A stretch of 64,000 nucleotides of DNA from Desulfosudaceae bacterium (GTDB lineage: Bacteria; Desulfobacterota; Desulfobacteria; Desulfobacterales; Desulfosudaceae), in contig CAXXDV010000003.1 of assembly GCA_963674745.2 (NCBI GenBank), positions 352,001 to 416,000 of the forward strand, given 5' to 3'. Under the pieces are notes generated by a model that saw nothing but the letters and a program-made list of their open reading frames with translations, was not told where the DNA came from and ran no database searches. How positions within the stretch are numbered: the first letter of the stretch is position 1; every line of letters begins with the position of its first letter. Positions 37,078 through 46,826 of the stretch are shown here, one piece after another. Made by a program: the position numbers and the translations under genes.

Positions 37078-39069
37078 ATGAAAATGACCGTTTCCAGATC
37101 TGCTGTGACGATTAATGCCGTTGACAGGCAATGGAATCTGTGGCGGTATCCTTTTATTCTGTCAGCCGTTATCGCGCTTATGTTGGTTGTTCCAACGATG
37201 GTCGTGGCAACTGGCCAGGTGATGCCCGAAGTTGAATTGATCTCTCCGGAACCCGGAGCGGAGGTCGTTGCCAAACGACCGAAAATTGTCTTCCGGGCGG
37301 CGTCTCTGGCGGCGTTTCAAAACGTCCTGGTGCTTTTTGACGGGGCGGATGTCACCGGCATTATCAACACCACGCCGGAAGGTTTCTTTTTTATCCCGGT
37401 GGAAATCCTTCGTCCGGGTGTCCACACGCTGTCTGTTATGATGACAGGTCCCGACGGCGAACCCATACAGATGGATTTTACGTTTTCCACACGGCATTCA
37501 GGAATGTTTGAAGAAGCCGGTACCACCAATAACCTGAGTCTGGGCTGGGAGAAAACCGTCGATAAGACGGATGAGGCGACATTCCAAAACAGTTATAAGA
37601 TGGAGTCGAATCTGGGCCATGACAGCGTTATCCGGGAAAAGGCCTGGGAGATGCGTTTTACCACCAATCTGCGTCATTTGACGCAACACCTGACGGCCCA
37701 GCCGCCCCAGGAAGAAGGCATTAATCCGGCCAATTACCTTTTTACCGGGACCTATCAGGGGCAATCGTTTCAAGCCAGTACTCAGGTCGGTGATGTTACC
37801 GTGAGTGAAACCAGGAATACCGTTAATCTATCCCGTCGGGGCGGTACCTTCGCGGCTGATTACAAGAACATCAAGTTTAAAACCTTCATGGTCAACAGCG
37901 AAGAGGTTTTCGGGTTCAAAAAAGGCCTGGGTATCGGCGGCAGTTCCGATGACCATATCGTGGGGGCGTCGGGTGAAATCGGTCTGTTATCGGAGAAAGT
38001 CAAACTGAAAACCATTTATGCCTCCGGAGGTGAGGCAGGTGGCGGTTACAGCACCTACTGCGCCGGCGGCAATAAACGGGGGAATGTTCTGGGGCTTTTA
38101 CTGACGTCGGATTTTTTTAATAACAAATTGACTACCGAGGCCGAGCTTGACCTCTCTCATTATGATGCCGATACCACTGATGATTTTTCCCGGGAGAAAG
38201 ACAAAGCCTGGAAACTGGGTGCCGGCGGATCCTGGAATACCTATTCATACGGGATTTTTTATGAACATCTCGGAACGGATTATCAGGTGATCGGCAACCC
38301 CTATGTCCAGGCAAACATGGAGGGCGGGGGGGCGAATTTTTCGGCATCCTTTCCTGTTCAAAACGTCAGTGTGGCATTTACCCGATACCGCGACAACGTG
38401 GACGATGACGAACTCTATGCCAGGACGGTTGCCACCCAGGGACAGGCCCAGTATATGTTTACCAAATTTTCAAGCCTTCCGCTGGGATTGGCGTACCAGT
38501 TTTCAGAAGTCAAAAGCCAGGATGAGCCGGAATACGCCTACCCGGTGGACAATACGACCAATACGGTGTCGGCTACGGCTAATTATGTCCTGGGTGCATG
38601 GAATTTCGGCGCTCAGGCGGGCTTTTCCGATCAAAATGACGCCACCGCCTACAGTGCCGACACGGAGACGGTGAACTACATGCTGTCTTCCTTTTATGGC
38701 GGCAGAAATATCAGCTTTTCTCCCTCGGTTTCATTGAACCGAACCCGCAATAAACCCGCCCACGTGCGGATGGATACCTACACCACCACCCTGGACCTGA
38801 GGGGGAATTTATGGGACCAGCGTATTCACTATGAATCCGCGGGGACTTTCAGCCGGTCGGAATCAAGTGACGATGTCTCAAAACAGGACAGTTACAATAT
38901 AAATTTCCGCGTGACATACACGTTGCAGCGAAAAATATGGGGGATCAACAATCCTTCAATGGGCTTTGCCGGCTATTATACGGCCATGGAAGATTACGTT
39001 TATAACAACCGGAGCCACGAATTTACGCTTCTTTTTGTGTTCTCGGCCGGTATACCTTTTGCTTATTAA
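37078..39069 (+). CDS. Outer-membrane beta-barrel protein with N-terminal Ig-like domain
   Basis: Signal-like N-terminus, SPEPGAEV...LRPGVHTL Ig-like segment, alternating amphipathic beta strands, terminal aromatic residues (PFAY); start uncertain. Confidence 0.65.
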   Translation: MKMTVSRSAVTINAVDRQWNLWRYPFILSAVIALMLVVPTMVVATGQVMPEVELISPEPGAEVVAKRPKIVFRAASLAAFQNVLVLFDGADVTGIINTTPEGFFFIPVEILRPGVHTLSVMMTGPDGEPIQMDFTFSTRHSGMFEEAGTTNNLSLGWEKTVDKTDEATFQNSYKMESNLGHDSVIREKAWEMRFTTNLRHLTQHLTAQPPQEEGINPANYLFTGTYQGQSFQASTQVGDVTVSETRNTVNLSRRGGTFAADYKNIKFKTFMVNSEEVFGFKKGLGIGGSSDDHIVGASGEIGLLSEKVKLKTIYASGGEAGGGYSTYCAGGNKRGNVLGLLLTSDFFNNKLTTEAELDLSHYDADTTDDFSREKDKAWKLGAGGSWNTYSYGIFYEHLGTDYQVIGNPYVQANMEGGGANFSASFPVQNVSVAFTRYRDNVDDDELYARTVATQGQAQYMFTKFSSLPLGLAYQFSEVKSQDEPEYAYPVDNTTNTVSATANYVLGAWNFGAQAGFSDQNDATAYSADTETVNYMLSSFYGGRNISFSPSVSLNRTRNKPAHVRMDTYTTTLDLRGNLWDQRIHYESAGTFSRSESSDDVSKQDSYNINFRVTYTLQRKIWGINNPSMGFAGYYTAMEDYVYNNRSHEFTLLFVFSAGIPFAY

Positions 39070-39087
39070 ATAACAAGGAGTCCTGTC

Positions 39088-40998
39088 ATGAGAAAATATT
39101 TTTTTCTTTCAGCGCTTATCTTAGGTTTATTGTTTGTTTTTCAGGGCCTTTCCCGGGCGGTCATGATCACGGCCTCTCCCAGCCCGGCTGTTGTCGATCA
39201 GCCCGTGACGATCACGGTTAATTCTTCTTACAACACCGGGCCGACCGGTGCCAACCCCCAGTGCACGCTTGGTGTGGATTTCGGTGACGGCGCCGTGGAA
39301 CTGTTGCCAATCTGCCTGACGGATCCCTGTGTTCACACCGTCGTTCATACTTACACGACGCCGGGCCAATACACCATAACGGCCGGCAGCAAGATTGGCG
39401 GGACCTGTCAAATCTCACCCATAGTGCCGGACCCGGGCACAGTCAACCTGAAGGTCGGATGTACCGGTCTGGTGCTTTCTTCATCCGCCACGCTTTTACC
39501 GGGCGCGTCGGGTACAAGTTATTCCTATGTATTTCAGGCGACCGGTGGACAGGCGCCTTACACCTGGTCGGTGACGGGCGGTGCTCTGCCGCCGGGACTT
39601 ATCCTGTCTTCTGCCGGTCAGCTTACCGGAACACCAACAACGTCCGGTGCATATAATTTTACGGTCGGTGTCAGCGATTCCTGCCCGATCGGAACCCAGA
39701 TGGTGCAAAAACGGTTTGGCCTGTCTGTAGGATGCCCGTCTGTCAACATTACTTCTGCTGCCGTCTTACCGGCCGGAAAAGGGGGGCTGGCCTATTCACG
39801 GCAAATTCAATTTACCGGCGGGCAGCCGCCGGTTTCGTTCTCGGTCGTGGGAGGAGCGCTGCCACCGGGCCTTATATTGAGTACCTCGGGACTGCTCGCC
39901 GGCATCCCGACCATGGCCGGTACCTATAATTTTACCATTTCTCTTACGGATTCATGCGCCATTGGCGCGCAACAGGTGCAGCAGGCGTTTACGCTGGGGA
40001 TCAGCGGCGATCTTCAGGTGACTGTTTCTCCGGCCGTGCTGTATATACCCCGGAATATGGGCTCGACCCGGACGCTTGCCTATTCGTTTTCCGATAATGC
40101 GGCCGGTACCAATACCCTGATATCCCCCAGGGGGGTTTTTACAATCGGTGCTCAGGTGATCGGTGAAGCCTTGACGCCCCTGACCGTTTCGCTTGGCAAT
40201 GGCAGGGGCCTGCTCTCGGAGACCCTGGACATACCGGTTGCCGTTTCCCTGCGAGCGGAAGAGATCGGTACTTCCCGTATTTTTTACAGCAGGACATTTA
40301 CGGGTGGCGCTGTGCCTGTCACGGCTCAGGTGGAACTGATTGTCGGCACGGAAGCGACGGCCGGTTTTTCTATCAACAGGCTTCAATTGTATTTCGAGAA
40401 TCGGCGGGCTGAAATCACTGTTAAACGGAACCAGCCGGGTCTCAAAGCGTTTGCCGACATCCGTCTTGCGGGTAACGGCCTGCTGACCGGATACTGGGAG
40501 GTTGACGGACGTATTCTGGATTATGTGAACCGGCACCTGGTTTATGGCACGCCGGTCACCATTTCAACACCGGATGTCCCCCCTCTGCCGACGTTTTCGC
40601 CGGGTACGCATATTGTCCGGTTTGTTGTTACCAGCCCGTCTTCTGATATTCCCATTCCTCAGGCGCTTTACTTTGTGACTGCCGAGGCCTTTGGGGAAAT
40701 ACGTCCGATCGATCTGGACTTCCCGAAAGACCGGAGCCGGGTGCCTTATGAGTCAGTTGATTTCATCTGGCAACCAGTCAAATGGGCCCAGACTTATCTG
40801 ATTGTATTTTCCAGTAGCAACGACGAAAAGCCGGTCTTCTCCGCCTATACACGGGAGAACACGTACCGGTTGCCGGCCATGATCCTCATAAGCCTGTTCC
40901 AAAGGGATGAAAATTATCGCTGGCGCGTCAAGGGATACAACGCGGACGGCAATGTGCTGGGCGAAAGTGATATTTATCAGGTTGTATTCTCAGAATAG
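39088..40998 (+). CDS. Secreted multi-Ig protein (PKD + 2 putative Ig/He_PIG + FN3-like C-terminus)
   Basis: VDFGDG..HTYTTPGQY (PKD); two ATGG..PY.W....G.LPPGL.L...G.L.G.PT..G.YNFT repeats; C-terminal YRWRVKGY. Confidence 0.8.
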   Translation: MRKYFFLSALILGLLFVFQGLSRAVMITASPSPAVVDQPVTITVNSSYNTGPTGANPQCTLGVDFGDGAVELLPICLTDPCVHTVVHTYTTPGQYTITAGSKIGGTCQISPIVPDPGTVNLKVGCTGLVLSSSATLLPGASGTSYSYVFQATGGQAPYTWSVTGGALPPGLILSSAGQLTGTPTTSGAYNFTVGVSDSCPIGTQMVQKRFGLSVGCPSVNITSAAVLPAGKGGLAYSRQIQFTGGQPPVSFSVVGGALPPGLILSTSGLLAGIPTMAGTYNFTISLTDSCAIGAQQVQQAFTLGISGDLQVTVSPAVLYIPRNMGSTRTLAYSFSDNAAGTNTLISPRGVFTIGAQVIGEALTPLTVSLGNGRGLLSETLDIPVAVSLRAEEIGTSRIFYSRTFTGGAVPVTAQVELIVGTEATAGFSINRLQLYFENRRAEITVKRNQPGLKAFADIRLAGNGLLTGYWEVDGRILDYVNRHLVYGTPVTISTPDVPPLPTFSPGTHIVRFVVTSPSSDIPIPQALYFVTAEAFGEIRPIDLDFPKDRSRVPYESVDFIWQPVKWAQTYLIVFSSSNDEKPVFSAYTRENTYRLPAMILISLFQRDENYRWRVKGYNADGNVLGESDIYQVVFSE

Positions 40999-41088
40999 AA
41001 GGCGGCAATACGATGGCCCCGGCCAGGCAGCGTTTAACAGCAACGGTTTTTTAATATAATGCGATTTTATGTCTTGTCGGGCTGGTCA

Positions 41089-43371
41089 TTACTTTAAAGG
41101 CCTGTTTCCGGCTACCTGTCTCAATTTTGCGCTTAAGAGATCCTGATTGATAGGTTTTGAAATATAATCATCCATTCCGGCCGATAGAAAATGTTCCCGG
41201 TCACCTTTTATCGCATGGGCGGTCAGGGCGATGATGGGGATCCGTTCTTCAGAAGGTGACCGGGCTTCTATCTTTCGTATTTCCCGGGTTGCTGAAAAAC
41301 CATCCATGACCGGCATCTGTCCGTCCATCAGGATAAGATCAAAGCGGTTGCGCCGGTATCGGTCAACGGCCTCCCGGCCATTTCCCACCACCGTCACCAG
41401 GTGACCCATTTTCTCCAGTATTACCTGGATAACCCGTCGATTTAGGGCGTTGTCTTCGGCTACCAGGATTTGCATGAGGGACGAACCGGTATCGGTTTCC
41501 CTGACGGTTTCATGCGCCTGCCCGTTTCCGTCAAAAAGAGGTGTTTCTTGATCGGTCGGGGAAACATTCACGTCAACAGGATCGTCAGAAACGTCCTGGT
41601 TAAGCGCGCGGGACAAGACGTCTTTGAGCATTTTTTTCTTTATTGGTCGGGTTAGACAGTATGCACCCGGCATATTTTTTTTTATGGCTTCCAGAATGTC
41701 TGAAGAATCAGGAACCAGGACGATAGAGGGGGCGGAGGTGATGTCTTGCGAGATCAGTAGCGGCTCAACAGCCTGTATATCGTTAAGGCCCGATCTGATC
41801 AGGATGACGTCAAAAGTTGTTCTGTCCGGGGACTTGTCGTTCAGGCGTTTTTGAGCCGATGGTATATCGCGTGCAATTTCCAGCGAACACCCCCAGTCAC
41901 GTAAATACGTTTCCAGTATTTTCGTGGTAATGGTCTCTTCGCCAATCAGCAGCGTTGAAATACCGTTGAACAGGTTTTCATCTTCCGTATAACCGGTCGG
42001 CCGGTTTTCTGTCGTTGCCAGGTTATATGGCAAAGAAAAAGAGAAATCGGAACCTTTACCGGGTTGGCTGCTGACCAGGATGGTGTCGCCCCCCATTAAC
42101 AGAACCAGCTGGTTGGAAATGGCCAGACCCAGTCCGGTACCGCCATAAAGGCGCGTTGTGGAAGCATCGGCCTGGGTAAACGGTTCAAATAACAGTGGAA
42201 GCTGTTTTTTTTCAATACCGATACCGGTATCTGAAACAAGAAATTCAAGGCAGACGTCGTCATCTTTGCGGTATTTTACTTTGACGTAGACGGCCACCTC
42301 ACCGGTTTGGGTATATTTAATGGCGTTGTTGATCAGATTGGAAATCACCTGATGCAAACGCTCCGGGTCGCCGTTGAGATGGTCGGGCACCTCTTTGGGA
42401 ACCAGGCAACCAAAATCCAGCCCCTTCCGGTAAGCCGAAAAGGAAAACATATCCGAAAGTTTTTTCATGCGTTCCCGGAGGCTGAAGGGAATGTTTTCTA
42501 CATCATATTTTCCGGCCTCAATTTTTGAGAAATCAAGTATATCACCGATCAATGATCCCAGAACCGTCGCGCTCTGCTTGATACTGGCCGTATACTCCCG
42601 TTGTTCCTCTGTCTGCCCGGTCATTTCCAGGAGGTCTGCCAGTCCAATAATACCGCTTAACGGAGTTCGCAGTTCGTGGCTCATATTGGCCAGAAAGCTG
42701 CTTTTGGCTTTATTGGCGGCTTCGGCTTTTTCCTTTTCGATCTGTAAGGAAAACAGCAGATCATTGTTTTCAAAGGTCAGTTGAATAGTGGCGGCCAGGG
42801 TACGACTCATGCGGCGGGCGGTGAAGGTGATGACCAGGCCGAATAGTATGATCATCATGCCCATGGTGACGTGCATGGTGCCGCCGGTGACAAAAAACAT
42901 TGTTGTCAAAGGTACCAGTGCGGGAACCACAAAAAGATAATAGGTCTCCATTCGAATATAATAGGTGGTCATTCCCCCGGCTGCCATACCGGCGATAACA
43001 AAGGCCAGAAAAACCTGATACGTAATTGAGTCGGAAAAGAGGAGGACGCCGGCAGCCCCCCAGGCCACGCCGCCGGCAGAGACGCCGGCCATCATCAGGT
43101 GGAACCAGAATTTCGTATTCTCTATCTGCTGGGGAGCTCTGCGGTAGGTGAAACAGGCGGTATAACGCAGGGTGGTGACCAGTAGTATCATGGCATACCA
43201 GCCGAAAAGGACGGTATGGGATATGTTTTGCCAAAACAGGGCGACCAGAATAGTGCTATTGATGATCGTGCTGAGCATACTGAAAGGCAGGTGGCTGTAG
43301 AGCTGTTTTGTCTGTTCGCCAAGTGTGCGCCGGGCGGCCCTGCTGGGATTTTCTTTTGGGGAAGCAACCAT
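41089..43371 (-). CDS. Membrane-bound hybrid sensor histidine kinase/response regulator
   Basis: About 6 TM helices, [14 protein letters not shown]-box, N/G1/F/G2 boxes, degenerate REC, then intact REC (LILMDGQMP). Confidence 0.93.
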   Translation of the reverse strand: MVASPKENPSRAARRTLGEQTKQLYSHLPFSMLSTIINSTILVALFWQNISHTVLFGWYAMILLVTTLRYTACFTYRRAPQQIENTKFWFHLMMAGVSAGGVAWGAAGVLLFSDSITYQVFLAFVIAGMAAGGMTTYYIRMETYYLFVVPALVPLTTMFFVTGGTMHVTMGMMIILFGLVITFTARRMSRTLAATIQLTFENNDLLFSLQIEKEKAEAANKAKSSFLANMSHELRTPLSGIIGLADLLEMTGQTEEQREYTASIKQSATVLGSLIGDILDFSKIEAGKYDVENIPFSLRERMKKLSDMFSFSAYRKGLDFGCLVPKEVPDHLNGDPERLHQVISNLINNAIKYTQTGEVAVYVKVKYRKDDDVCLEFLVSDTGIGIEKKQLPLLFEPFTQADASTTRLYGGTGLGLAISNQLVLLMGGDTILVSSQPGKGSDFSFSLPYNLATTENRPTGYTEDENLFNGISTLLIGEETITTKILETYLRDWGCSLEIARDIPSAQKRLNDKSPDRTTFDVILIRSGLNDIQAVEPLLISQDITSAPSIVLVPDSSDILEAIKKNMPGAYCLTRPIKKKMLKDVLSRALNQDVSDDPVDVNVSPTDQETPLFDGNGQAHETVRETDTGSSLMQILVAEDNALNRRVIQVILEKMGHLVTVVGNGREAVDRYRRNRFDLILMDGQMPVMDGFSATREIRKIEARSPSEERIPIIALTAHAIKGDREHFLSAGMDDYISKPINQDLLSAKLRQVAGNRPLK

Positions 43372-43529
43372 GATTTTCCCGGAGTTAAGGGGATAAAAAC
43401 AGTAGATGAATAACTATTTGTTTTAATACATTATATATAAATAGTTATAATATAAAAATGTATATCGTGTCAATGTTTTTAAAAAGGCTGAAAATTATTG
43501 ACATTTAATGCCTATTTTAATAATACTTA

Positions 43530-43710
43530 AATAATTTAAAGATCATCAAGAAGGTGATCGCGGTTAACAGATTATAACCAACTGAAAAGCAAACAAGTCC
43601 CGCCGGTATCGTCTTGAACCGGTGGGCGAAATATTAAATAGCACGAAAAAATAAAGCCATGAAGGTGATCAGGCTGAATGCCTGTTTTACTTTCGTGGCT
43701 TTTTTTATTG
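43530..43710 (+). promoter_or_regulatory. Structured 5' leader with terminator-like hairpin (candidate attenuator)
   Basis: TTGACA at 43498; hairpins at 43562-43579 and 43599-43626; 14-bp stem 43653-43702 plus U-tract just before the RBS. Confidence 0.55.
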
Positions 43711-43716
43711 GAAGAG

Positions 43717-45111
43717 ATGAAAAAATATTCAATCGCTATTTATGCTGTGATTCTTTTTTACTGCCTGTCTGCCTCAGCCGCCGATCGGCAAATAGCCGAA
43801 GACACCAACAACGATGGCCGGACAGACCGAATCATTTTTTATGACCGCGCCGGCAAAATCGAACACCTGGAGATGGATACCGATCATGACGGTGCCATGG
43901 ACCGCTTTCAATATTACGAAAAGGAAGCCCTTGTACGAATGGAAAGAGACACGGATGCCGACGGGCATTCCGACTGTCTGGATTATTTCAAAGACGGCAA
44001 AAGAGCCCGTCAGGAGCGTCTTGACAAGGAGAACCGGGTATACCAGGTGACGTTGTTTGATGAGAAGGAACAGCCCGCAGAAATTAGAAAAGACACAACC
44101 GGCAGCGGTGTTTTTGATGCGGTTTATTATTTTAACGACGGTGAAATCAACGCCGCAACACGTGACACGGACGAGAACAGTGTCGTTAATATTCATGAAA
44201 CATTTTCAGACAACCTGCCGGTAAAACGGACGGTAGATGATAACGAAGACGGCCGCCCGGAGCAGATTACGCTGTATGATGACCAGGGGCTGGTTCGGGA
44301 GAGCCGCCAGGACACTTCCCATTGCGGTTTTCTAGACAGGCGCACGGTTTTTAAAAAGGGCAAAATGCGTCTCCAGACAATGGACAACAACCAGGACGGT
44401 AAGGCCGACGACACGCTTTTGTTTAATGATCGGGAAGAACGCCTGCGGATGGAGAGCGACACCGACTTTGACGGAACCATCGATACCCGGCAGTTTTTTA
44501 AGGGCAATCGGATTGTCCGCATGGAAAAAGATGATAACCATGACGGCCGGGTGAACCTGAAGGTTTATTACAACAACCGGGAGGAGAAAGAAAAACTGAT
44601 CAAGGACGCCGATGGTGACGGCTTTTTTGAAATTACCCAGTGGTATGACATCCCGGAATGGCCCCTGGTGATCGAGGTCGACAAGGACCAGGATCAGAAG
44701 CCCGAGGCCCGTTTCTGCTATATCGACGGCGTGCTTCGGGAAAAATCCCTGGATGAGGACCATGACGGCACCATCGATCTGATGGAATTTTTCGATCGGG
44801 ACGGGCGGCTGATCAAAAGCCGGGAAGACGAAATGGGTACCGGTGTATTGACCCTGACCTGGTTTTATGACGATGCGGAACAGGCTGTTCGGGCGGAAAA
44901 AGACACCAATGCCGACGGTCTGCCTGATGTCCGGTTTTTTTATGAGGCAGGCCGGGTGACGTCTGTAGAGGAAGACAGCAACCATGACGGTAAGCCCGAC
45001 GTCTGGGAAACCTATGACAATGCCGAAGCCCTGATCAAACGGGAAAAAGACCTGGACTATGACGGTCAGCCCGATGTCACGGAGACGGCAAAAGAAGAAA
45101 AGAAAAATTAA
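43717..45111 (+). CDS. Secreted repeat protein with about 18 DxDxDG-type acidic repeats
   Basis: Signal peptide (ASA-AD), about 24-aa units such as DTNNDGRTD, DTDHDGAMD, DSNHDGKPD. Confidence 0.8.
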   Translation: MKKYSIAIYAVILFYCLSASAADRQIAEDTNNDGRTDRIIFYDRAGKIEHLEMDTDHDGAMDRFQYYEKEALVRMERDTDADGHSDCLDYFKDGKRARQERLDKENRVYQVTLFDEKEQPAEIRKDTTGSGVFDAVYYFNDGEINAATRDTDENSVVNIHETFSDNLPVKRTVDDNEDGRPEQITLYDDQGLVRESRQDTSHCGFLDRRTVFKKGKMRLQTMDNNQDGKADDTLLFNDREERLRMESDTDFDGTIDTRQFFKGNRIVRMEKDDNHDGRVNLKVYYNNREEKEKLIKDADGDGFFEITQWYDIPEWPLVIEVDKDQDQKPEARFCYIDGVLREKSLDEDHDGTIDLMEFFDRDGRLIKSREDEMGTGVLTLTWFYDDAEQAVRAEKDTNADGLPDVRFFYEAGRVTSVEEDSNHDGKPDVWETYDNAEALIKREKDLDYDGQPDVTETAKEEKKN

Positions 45112-45126
45112 AAAGGGACAAGAACA

Positions 45127-45732
45127 ATGTTTGATTTTTTAGCCAAAGGTGGGGTGCTGGTCATCCCCATTCTGCTCTGCTCGGTATTTACCGTGGCGAT
45201 TTTTTTGGAACGCGTCATCACCTTCGCCCGTATGCGTACCCGGGGTGCGGGTCTGGCCGAAAAAATAGCCGGTCTTTTGCTCAAAGGCGAAAAAGAGGCG
45301 GCCCAGAAAACAGCCCGGGAAAGCGATTCCCCCATGGGCCGAATACTGGCCCAAGCCATTGAAGTCAAGGACAGTGACCGTGAATTGCTGGAAACCGTTA
45401 TGGTCAACGCCACGGACGAGGAAGTGAGAAACCTGTCCACCTACGTACAGACCCTGGCCACCATCGGCAACATTGCTCCTTTGCTGGGGCTGCTGGGTAC
45501 GGTCATCGGCATGATCAAGGCCTTTATGGTCATCCAGCAGATGGGCGGTAAGGTCAATGCGGCTGTGCTGGCCGGCGGTATCTGGGAGGCTATGCTGACC
45601 ACGGCCCTGGGCCTGGCCGTGGCCCTGCCCACCATGATCGCCCACAGCTATCTGGTAGCCCGCATCGACAGTTATGAAGCGCGACTGCAGAACGGGTCGG
45701 TCACTTTCATGAAAGCCATTACCCGGAAATAG
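45127..45732 (+). CDS. exbB: MotA/TolQ/ExbB proton channel protein
   Basis: APLLGLLGTVIGMI, LAGGIWEAMLTTALGL. Confidence 0.9.
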   Translation: MFDFLAKGGVLVIPILLCSVFTVAIFLERVITFARMRTRGAGLAEKIAGLLLKGEKEAAQKTARESDSPMGRILAQAIEVKDSDRELLETVMVNATDEEVRNLSTYVQTLATIGNIAPLLGLLGTVIGMIKAFMVIQQMGGKVNAAVLAGGIWEAMLTTALGLAVALPTMIAHSYLVARIDSYEARLQNGSVTFMKAITRK

Positions 45733-45741
45733 GAGGCAGAT

Positions 45742-46149
45742 ATGCTGGTTCATCGGAAAAAAAGACCGCGTTATGCCATCCAGGCACCGCTGACCTCATT
45801 GATCGATATCGTTTTCATGCTGCTGATCTATTTTTTGCTGACCACCAACTTTATGGTGGACGAAGGCATCAAGATAAAATTGCCGCAGGCCCGGGCGTCG
45901 GCGCCGCAGACGCAACAGGAAATAACCGTCTATGTGGACAGGGAGGGGCGGGCTTATATTAACAACAAGCCGGTCCCGGAAGAGATCCTGTTTACCAGAA
46001 TCAAGGAAATGATCGGCGGCCAATCCGACCGGCTGGTGGTGGTCAAGGCCGACCGGGAAGTTGTGTTGAACAAAGCCGTCAAGGTCATGGACCTGGCCAA
46101 GGCCGCCGGCGCCGGCCGGCTCTGCCTGGCCACGGAGAAGGATTTGTAA
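45742..46149 (+). CDS. exbD: Biopolymer transporter ExbD
   Basis: LTSLIDIVFMLLIYFLL, IKLPQA, VKADR. Confidence 0.9.
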   Translation: MLVHRKKRPRYAIQAPLTSLIDIVFMLLIYFLLTTNFMVDEGIKIKLPQARASAPQTQQEITVYVDREGRAYINNKPVPEEILFTRIKEMIGGQSDRLVVVKADREVVLNKAVKVMDLAKAAGAGRLCLATEKDL

Positions 46150-46152
46150 TCC

Positions 46153-46803
46153 GTGTCTGAATACAAGAAAAAGCCCAATCATCTGATGCGGGGCATGATT
46201 ACCGTGTCCCTGGCCCTGCATGTGTTGATATTCCTGCATATCGCCGGTATCTACCGGTCCAGTGCGCTGACCTATATCGAACTGACACTGAACGATATAT
46301 CCAAACCATCGGCACGCGCCATTCCCAGGCCACGGAAACGGCACCAGGCCCCCAAAGCGGAGACGGTCAGCCGGCCGGAAGTGTCTCGGGACCCCATACC
46401 CGTGTCGAACATGGCGCCCGCGAACCAACGATTTTCCAAGTCTCTTATGGCCGACATCAGCGCGCCGTCGGTACCTGTTAGCGGTTGGAACATGAACGGC
46501 GCGCCGGTGTTCGCCACCAGCGCCGATTATTTCGACATGGTACGCATGAAGATTGAAAGTCGCAAGCAATACCCGGAATCCGCCCGGGACAAACAGATCC
46601 AGGGCCGCGTCCGGGTCGGGTTTGTCATTACGCCCGACGGGCAGATATCCTCCCTTGAGATCGTTAAAAGTTCACGGCATGGCATCCTGGACCGGGCCGC
46701 TCTGGAAGCGGTCAGAAATGCCGCTCCTCTTCCCCGACCGCCGGCAAATCTGTTTAAGGAAAAACTGCTGGTGGAAATAACCATATTATTTGAACTGATG
46801 TGA
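46153..46803 (+). CDS. tonB: Energy transducer TonB
   Basis: N-terminal TM with SLALH, Pro-rich linker, YPESAR..IQGRV...SSRHGILDRAA C-terminal domain. Confidence 0.88.
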   Translation: MSEYKKKPNHLMRGMITVSLALHVLIFLHIAGIYRSSALTYIELTLNDISKPSARAIPRPRKRHQAPKAETVSRPEVSRDPIPVSNMAPANQRFSKSLMADISAPSVPVSGWNMNGAPVFATSADYFDMVRMKIESRKQYPESARDKQIQGRVRVGFVITPDGQISSLEIVKSSRHGILDRAALEAVRNAAPLPRPPANLFKEKLLVEITILFELM

Positions 46804-46826
46804 CAACTAAACGGAAGGAGAAATAA

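Noticed and set aside
43530..43710. Cobalamin riboswitch before the TonB-dependent receptor operon
   Set aside because: No B12-box or GGGAA...CCC core visible; kept only as an unknown leader.
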